This document shows positions 59,249 to 64,000 of a stretch of 64,000 nucleotides of DNA, piece by piece. The translations under genes and the position numbers were made by a program. The DNA is taken from assembly GCA_026936335.1 (NCBI GenBank), contig JAPMXV010000004.1:124001-188000 (forward strand), read 5' to 3'. The stretch is from Mantamonas sphyraenae STR306. Its lineage: Eukaryota; Protista; CRuMs. The notes under the pieces were generated by a model. That model did not search any database and was not told the DNA's origin. It saw only the letters and a program-made list of their open reading frames with translations. How positions within the stretch are numbered: position 1 is the first letter of the stretch; every line of letters starts with the position of its first letter.

Positions 59249-60401
59249 GCATTCCCAAAGGATATCCGGCAACAGAGCCACCAAGCCCAGCCCAGACATT
59301 GACGAATCCCACACCTGCTGCGTTGGAGGGTCCACTCATCTCCGAAGCAAACAGTCCGGTGACGGTGGTCACGCCGGCAATGCAAATGCCCAGCATCAAC
59401 ATGACCAATACGTCCGCCATCCATCCTGCATCCACAGCCACCAGTCCCAACAGCGGCAGGATCACAAGCGCACTCAGGACCGGGATAGGGCCGCGATGGC
59501 CATGAAAGATGCGATCCGATACTACACCCGCCACCATGGAGCCTGCGATGGCTCCCAGCTCGTACGACACAGCCATTTGGCGCGCATTGGACACACTGTA
59601 CGCACGCACCTCAATCAGAAACAGCTGGCTCCATTCGCTCATGGACGAACGCAGCAGCTGGCCCAGCATGTTGATCAGAGCCAAGTTCCATAGAACAGGG
59701 CTGCTCAACACATCACGATACAGATTTGGTGTGTGTGGGCTTGTTTGCGAGGCACGACCTCCCCCTGATGCGGCTCCAGAGTTGCCGTTGTTCTCGTCGT
59801 CGTCAGAGCCCCGTTTAGCGTGGACGGCCGGCCGATCACGGACAAAGGCAAACGTGAGCAGAGAGCAGAGGCAGGAAACAGAACCAACGAGATGCAACAC
59901 CTGGTCCCATTGCATGTTGGGGCCTTTGGGAGCCGTTAGCGCCGAGACGAGCAGCGGTGTCAGGGTACTGCCAAGATTGCCACCCGTAGCTACCAATCCC
60001 CAGTACGAGCCTTTCTCTGTGGGTGTAAACCACGAATTCAAAAGTCGTGAGCACGGTGGAAAGCCCCAGGCCTGTACGAGGCCATGCAGGGCCCACAGGA
60101 GCAGCCGTTGGTTGTGGTTTGCCGCAGCGACTTGGCTGAAGGCCATGTTGAGCATGCCCGAGGCCATGAGCACGCCCGCCAGAAGGAAGCGTGGAGAAAC
60201 TCGGTCTGCAACCATGGTTGAGATAATCTTGCCGCCCGTGTAGGCCATGGCAAAGGACGAGGCGAGGGCTCCCACCTGCACCTTGCTTGCCTGCGTCGCC
60301 TCGCGGAAGAGAGGCACCATGAAGCCCAGCGCACGGCGGCCGATGTACAACACCGCATATGACGCCACCATGGCGTACAGCACAGAGAACTTGGGACGCA
60401 T
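59112..60401 (-). CDS. MFS transporter, organophosphate:Pi antiporter (GlpT/UhpC/SLC37A4-like)
   Basis: YIGRR, GKIISTMVADRVSPR, QAWGFPPCSRLLNSWF..EKGSYWG and AGVVSDRIF..HR; 12 TM helices. Confidence 0.88.
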   Translation of the reverse strand: MRPKFSVLYAMVASYAVLYIGRRALGFMVPLFREATQASKVQVGALASSFAMAYTGGKIISTMVADRVSPRFLLAGVLMASGMLNMAFSQVAAANHNQRLLLWALHGLVQAWGFPPCSRLLNSWFTPTEKGSYWGLVATGGNLGSTLTPLLVSALTAPKGPNMQWDQVLHLVGSVSCLCSLLTFAFVRDRPAVHAKRGSDDDENNGNSGAASGGGRASQTSPHTPNLYRDVLSSPVLWNLALINMLGQLLRSSMSEWSQLFLIEVRAYSVSNARQMAVSYELGAIAGSMVAGVVSDRIFHGHRGPIPVLSALVILPLLGLVAVDAGWMADVLVMLMLGICIAGVTTVTGLFASEMSGPSNAAGVGFVNVWAGLGGSVAGYPLGMLNELYGWEGTGWALVSVATLLLLAGWPMWSATRRKPVVAVDRKRR

Positions 60402-60459
60402 GCGGGTCTGGTGAGTGTGTGTCTGCCTGCGCAGGCGCTGCCACGGCGTGCACTCACAC

Positions 60460-62425
60460 ATGAACCGGAGGGCAATCAACGTGTTCCTGGTCGTGCTCAT
60501 GGTGGCCTTTGTGGGGTTTCACATCGTCCACAACCTGTACAGTGAGTCCAGCGGCCGCAAGGCCGCAGGACGCCAAAAGAGTCGCATCGTGCCAGCGTAC
60601 GGCGACAAGGACAGCTCCACAAAGCGCAAGGGCCATGCAGAGGCTTCGCCCGACGACCAGCCAGGCGACCACGAGGGTAAACCCAGCACAGACAATGACG
60701 ACGATGCCGACGACGACGATCAAGACAACGGCGAAGACGGCGACGACGACAACGAAGAAGGGGGTGATGAGAACCCCGACACACCGACCGACGCCACACC
60801 AACACCACAGCCATCACCACACGCCACACCTGAACCAACCCCTGAGCCAACCCCAGAGCCAACACCAAAGGCAGATCCTCCTGCCCATGGGGATCACGCA
60901 AAGGTACCTCTCTTGGGTGGTGTGTGGGAACACCTGGATGCCGCGCCCTGTGCTCACACCTCCCTCTGGCGTTCCACCCCACACAGCTCATCGAAGACAT
61001 GAAGGCACGAGCCGCTGCAGGCGAGGCGCCCCATGCACTACTTCCTGTACGTTTGTGCGCATGTGTGTGTGTGTGTGTGTGTGTGTGCGCGTGCGTGCGT
61101 GCGTGCGTGCGTGCAGAACTGGAGCGACGTGACCAGCTGACGACCTTCCCCACCCACCGCCTTGGTCCCCGTCGCCTTGGTCCTCCTTGGAAAATGTCGA
61201 CCAGGCGGTGCCCGCCAGCGAGGACAGCTGGAATCCGGGCTACTACCTGTCGCATGGCGAATGGATGAACCGCGCGTTGGCAAAGTCCAAGCAGGACGGC
61301 CAGTGCGGCGCGACACTGGGAGTGTACCATCACGTGCAAGCGCAAACGCTAAACAAAGTGTTCGATAAGCCACTGAATGAAGTGTGGCCACGGGACAAGT
61401 TCTCACCGTCGGAGGCGGCCGTGAGCAAGAGCACGGATCTCAAACACGCCTGGAAGGAGGATGTCAACCACAAGATCACCCTTGACGCCCTGTATGGAGG
61501 CGGAGACGAGCGACTCAAGGACACTCACAAAGTGACGCTGAACGAGCTCGGCCTCACGCTCAATGCGGACAAGTTCACGCCGGAGAAGGACCACGTTCCC
61601 ATCTGGGTGCGCATCTTTTCGCGCACCACGCCTCTCGACAAGGTCGTGGAAGGACTGAAATTGGTGCAGGACATCGACAAAACGATGCTGTTCTTCACTG
61701 TGGATGGCACCCACAGGGACATTCTCGAGTATGTGATGAACCACGTGGACTTTTGCTACGTGCGCATCTTTTTCCACCCGTTCACCATGGACGAGGACCT
61801 GTTTGGCCTCGCAGGCAAGGGGGGTACCTGGCCACGCATCAATTCGCACTTCAACTACGGCATGCGCCTCCTCACAGACCTGTTTGACCACGACTACGTG
61901 GCCATCCTTGAAGACGACATCATGCCAGGCCCAGACTTTTACAACTGGCACAAGGACATGCGCGAGGTGGCACGAAGTGACGAACGCGTGTTTTCCATCG
62001 GCTCCATCATGCACGGTCCCACACACGACTGCACGTACATTGAGGGAAAGCTCATCAACCAGGGCACCTGCCGCATCAGCGACATGAACCTCATTGTCGC
62101 CGAACACTACTACACAGGCTGGGGCGCAGGGCTTCCCAGGCGCACATTCCTAGAGTACTTTCAGTACTGGACCCACGACGTCTACGACCTCATTCTCAGC
62201 ACCATCATCAAGCAGCGCATCACCCTTTCGCCCTGCTCCCACCGTGCCAAGTGGCAAACAAACGCAGGCGTCCACGGTGGCGCTCCTGACCGCTGGGACA
62301 ACCCGCTCCCCATCCTCAAGGGTGTCCAGCACGACGTCTATGCCGTGGAGAACAAGCCCCACCCGGACATGATTGTCCTCGACATCAAGTCCTTGCGAGA
62401 GAAGCACCAAGCAACGAGGAGGTGA
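60460..62425 (+). CDS. Type II Golgi glycosyltransferase, GT-A fold (MGAT2/GnT-like), 3 exons
   Basis: N-terminal TM anchor and acidic/PT stem; LKLVQDIDKTMLFFTVDG, VDFCYVRIFFHPF and ILEDDIMPGPDFY resemble GnT-II/GnT-I motifs. Confidence 0.7.
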
Positions 62426-62506
62426 ACACACGGCACACACACAGAGAGAGACATGTACAAATCGCCACACTGCAATTCCTTTTTGTTGTTCGTCCTCACC
62501 TCACAC

Positions 62507-64000
62507 CTAATAGCGCCAGATCTTCAGATAATGATCTTTCGAGCCGGAAGCGACTCGCTGGCCGTCGGGAGACCAGTCGACGGCAAACACCTCGTCGGCG
62601 TGGCCAGGAAGCTCATTGGTCATCTTCTTGCGCCGCTCCTTCTTCAAATCCCACAGCTTGAGGGTGGAATCCTTGGAGCCCGACACCAAGAGCCGCGAGT
62701 CGGAACTCCACGCCACCTGGTAGACGGCACCCACGTGTCCACGACACGTGCCCACAAACTTGCCCGTGCGTCCGTCCCACAGTTTAACAGACTTGTCAAA
62801 CGAGGCAGAGGCGATGTAGTTGCCATCGGGTGAAAACACCACCTGGTTGACCAGCTGTTGATGGCCTGTCATGCGCTCCAGAGGCTTCTTGCTGTTCACA
62901 GGGTCCCACATGTACATAGTAAAGTCGTCTGAGCCCGACACGAGCAGCTCGACCCCCTGGGCTGCCAGTGCGCTCTTGTATCGTTTCAGAGCCGCTTCCT
63001 GCGCCTCGTCATCGTCCTCGGGTCGCGTGCCGTACTCGTCGTACGGTCCAATGCGCATGGCATAGTCTGTGTTCAGTGCCATGGTGTTTACCCAATGGCC
63101 GTGGCCGTCCAGCGTGCGCACCAACTTGCCCTCTTTGTCGCTCCACACCTTGATGGTCTTGTCCTGCGAGGCAGAGTAGATCAAGCCCTGCCCTCCCCAG
63201 CGCACACATGTCACTTTCTTCTGATGGCCACTCATGGAGAAGAGCACCACCCCACGCACCGTGTCCCACACCTTGAGCGTTCCGTCGTCGCTGGCGCTCA
63301 CCAGCCGTCTGCACGCCGTGTTGCGATGGAATGGTTCCCAACACAGGGAAGTGACGTAACTGCGGTGGTTGGACATGGTGCGACCCACCTGCTCTCCCGT
63401 CTGTGGATCCCACAGGCGAATCTCACCCTTCATGCACGCCGACGCAAGCAGTTTCATGTCAGGGCTCCAACACACACTCAGAATCCATTGCGGGTGGCCT
63501 TTGCACGTAGCCAGCGGCAATTCTGTGTTCATCTCCCACAGGCGCACCGTGCAGTCGCCGCTGCCCGTGGCCAGCAGCTTGCCGTCGGGCGAAAACTGCA
63601 CCACCACCACCGCATCGTCGTGGCCCGGCAGTGACGACGTGCACCGCGACACAGGGCGCACACGAAACACAGCCTGCGGACGGTACGTCACCTGCAATAC
63701 TTGTTCTGCACTCTCCACGCTCGTTTCCACCGCTTCGCGAAGCACGTCCTCCACGGGCTCGTCCTCGTTCAGAAAGAACGAATACGGCATGGTCTCCTCC
63801 TGTGCGGGGACAACACACGCGCGCGCGGGTGTCATGGTCAGTGCACACAGGCACATGTCGACGTGTCAGTTCTTCTGTGCCTCGCTTGGGGGCAGCTGTG
63901 TGTGCGAAACGGCGGACTGCGCGACGCATGCTGCGGCACTCACGTTGTTCAGCAGCTGGTTGACAAGCAGCGACATGTCCTTGGTCACCATGTCCAAGGG
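62507..64000 (-). CDS. NLE1: Notchless/Rsa4 WD40 ribosome assembly factor, 5' end outside the window
   Basis: YRPQAVFRVRPVSRCTSSLPGH, GHGHWVNTMALNTDY, LVSGSDDFTMYMW, RMTGHQQLVN and LPGHADEVFAVDWSPDG. Confidence 0.95.

Noticed and set aside
2090-62425. Functional clustering of glycosylation or ribosome-related genes (ALG12, MRH, GT; RPL13A, SERBP1-like, NLE1, snoRNA)
   Set aside because: They are scattered among unrelated genes, which is compatible with chance in a compact genome.
1-64000. Many long alternative-frame or antisense ORFs (e.g. 33517-36093 -, 21190-22791 +, 8741-10300 +, 5418-7277 -)
   Set aside because: They are shadows of real genes, expected from high GC and codon bias, and carry no recognisable motifs.
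1-64000. CRISPR arrays, tRNA or rRNA genes, prokaryotic operons
   Set aside because: None seen. The repeats are simple microsatellites ((CA)n, (GCT)n, (AAC)n, (GAG)n) and the locus is eukaryotic.

Overview
This window is gene-dense, GC-rich DNA from a eukaryote, probably a free-living protist. The evidence is short GT-AG spliceosomal introns (often with CA/GT microsatellites), an ATP-type PEPCK and mitochondrial complex I/III subunits. I can model about 32 protein-coding genes and one box C/D snoRNA. Many genes are head-to-head pairs with only about 60-150 bp between start codons. Most are housekeeping or recognisable families: ALG12, HDDC2, PEPCK, a four-repeat EEEE Ca2+ channel, a PCTAIRE CDK, MED4, G6P 1-epimerase, Rieske ISP, RPL13A, EndoV, MINDY4, NDUFA12, WBP4, NUP93, cystinosin, an MFS transporter, an MGAT2-like glycosyltransferase and NLE1. 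The main candidate for a new system is a tandem array of three ~950-1130 aa paralogs (48280-58112). Each fuses a divergent eEF1A-like translational GTPase (domains I-III) to a split GIFT/GATase-like domain with an F-box inserted in it; two copies also carry a SAM domain. This looks like an SCF ubiquitin-ligase adaptor built on an elongation-factor scaffold. Other notable items: a spliced rhodanese fused to a stand-alone NRPS epimerization domain, a ~1.6 kb near-perfect inverted duplication of a SERBP1/Stm1-like gene, an intergenic C/D snoRNA, and a 66-aa membrane microprotein whose start codon appears split by an intron. All domain calls come from reading motifs by eye; no searches were run.
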